Positions 62,641 to 64,000 of a DNA stretch of 64,000 bases are shown here, in pieces. Origin of the DNA: Balanoglossus misakiensis (taxonomy: Eukaryota > Animalia > Hemichordata); contig CM082593.2 in the NCBI GenBank assembly GCA_040954595.2, forward strand, positions 6,084,172 through 6,148,171, given 5' to 3'. Position 1 is the stretch's first letter, and every line of letters begins with the position of its first letter. A program made the translations under genes and the position numbers. Below the pieces are notes generated by a model. That model ran no database searches, was not told where the DNA came from, and saw only the letters and a program-made list of their open reading frames with translations.

Positions 62641-64000
62641 GTCCTTCTCCCTAAAATATGGAGAATCACTGTCCTTCGCTTTCCTGAGTTAGGTGCGGAA
62701 TTGTGTCTTATCATGCTCTTTTTACGTCCATGGTCTTATTGAAGGGGCATTTCTAAACTACATGTATTGTCTAAGGAAGCTAATTTAGCTAATAATGATA
62801 AACACGGCTTTTTTCAAGATAATTATCACTTTCTAAATATCGTTCTAAACTTTCTAAACTAGCAGCAGTTTAGAAAGTTGGACTACTTGGGCGTTTACAA
62901 ATGTACGGCGTACACTTTGGAAGTAGGCTTGGAATGAAGAGAGAGACGGGATGGCCAGTACTTCGGTGGGAAGTCAAATGTGATCTTTGTTTTATTTTAA
63001 CAGTATATATAGTCGAAGTTCTAACTCTGACATTTTACAACACCTCATAATGGTAGAACAATGGTGTTAAGACATTGATTAACCTGAGACTTCAGTCGTT
63101 GCACAGAACAATGGTGTCATACAAACGAAGCCCATATCTCAATAAACTGAGAGGAGTTTTGAGATAAGGCTTGATTTGGGCAATAAACGATTCCCAACAT
63201 TCTCCCGTCCGCAAATATTGAAATTGAAATGCACCAATTGAAATCATACATGAAAATTCCGCAAATATTGGAATGGAAATACAGCACTTATATCGTCGGC
63301 AGAAAATTTTAGTCGGGGGGGGGGGGGGCTTTCTAAACTGTGGCTAATTTATAAATTTAGAACGATATTTAGAAAGCGATAATTATCGTAGTGATAATTA
63401 TCCTTAAAACTTAGATAGTTTAGAACTATTTAGCTACAGCTAATTTAGCTTTCTACACTTGTAGCTAAACTTTCTAAAAACGATAAAACACAATTCCGCA
63501 CCTTACTGGCTTCCCTTCGCCCTAAAATATGGAGATATGAGCGTCCTTCGCTTTCCTTCGGCCTAAATTACGGAGCTACATCCGTCCTTCGGCGTTTAAT
63601 TCGAAGCTAAACCAATCCCTTGGCCTCCAGCATACAGAAAACCGTGTCCTTCGCACTAAAATATGGAAAAATCAGTGTCCTTCGGTTTCCTTCGGCCAAA
63701 ATTACGGAGCTACACCCGTCCTTAAGCTTTAATTACCGAACTAAACCAGTCCTTCGGCCCCCAGCATAGAGAAAACCACGTCCTTCGCCCTAAAATATGG
63801 AGATATGAGCGTCCTTCGCTTTCCTTCGGCCTAAATTACGGAGCTACATCCGTCCTTCGGCGTTTAATTCGAAGCTAAACCAATCCCTTGGCCTCCAGCA
63901 TACAGAAAACCGTGTCCTTCGCACTAAAATATGGAAAAATCAGTGTCCTTCGGTTTCCTTCGGCCAAAATTACGGAGCTACACCCGTCCTTAAGCTTTAA
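62641..64000 (-). repeat. Inverted 134-bp tandem repeat (right arm), interrupted by the MITE and open at the window end
   Basis: GTCCTTCG-anchored reverse complement of the left-arm unit at 62641-62685 and 63509-64000; A and B monomers alternate. Confidence 0.93.
62686..63508. mobile_element. Non-autonomous hAT-like MITE (~820 bp)
   Basis: ~27-bp TIRs: GAGTTAGGTGCGGAATTGTGTCTTATC versus the reverse complement of the right end, CAGTAAGGTGCGGAATTGTGTTTTATC. 8-bp TSD GCTTTCCT (62678-62685) / GCTTCCCT (63509-63516). Subterminal inverted repeats at ~62818-62849 and ~63356-63388. Confidence 0.8.

Overview
Eukaryotic, intron-rich animal DNA. It is probably an invertebrate deuterostome; a hemichordate-like origin is only an impression and cannot be confirmed here. 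Bases 1-13.5 kb are an 88-bp satellite in three blocks: type A forward, then type A inverted through a spacer-less palindromic junction at 4646/4647, then a diverged type B forward again. Four spliced genes follow: a complete 4-exon neuropeptide GPCR (+), a complete 6-exon divergent non-alpha nicotinic/Cys-loop subunit (-), a complete 21-coding-exon long-chain acyl-CoA synthetase (-), and the 3' part of a non-classical cadherin with a very long, repeated Pro-rich tail (-). The window ends in a foldback-like structure. Its two inverted arms are made of a 134-bp repeat with a helically phased CGAAGGA motif; they enclose a Penelope-like RT relic, and a hAT-type MITE sits in the right arm. The best leads are this foldback-like element, the giant satellite palindrome, the cadherin tail motifs and the divergent Cys-loop receptor. 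All coordinates were read by eye and no database searches were run.
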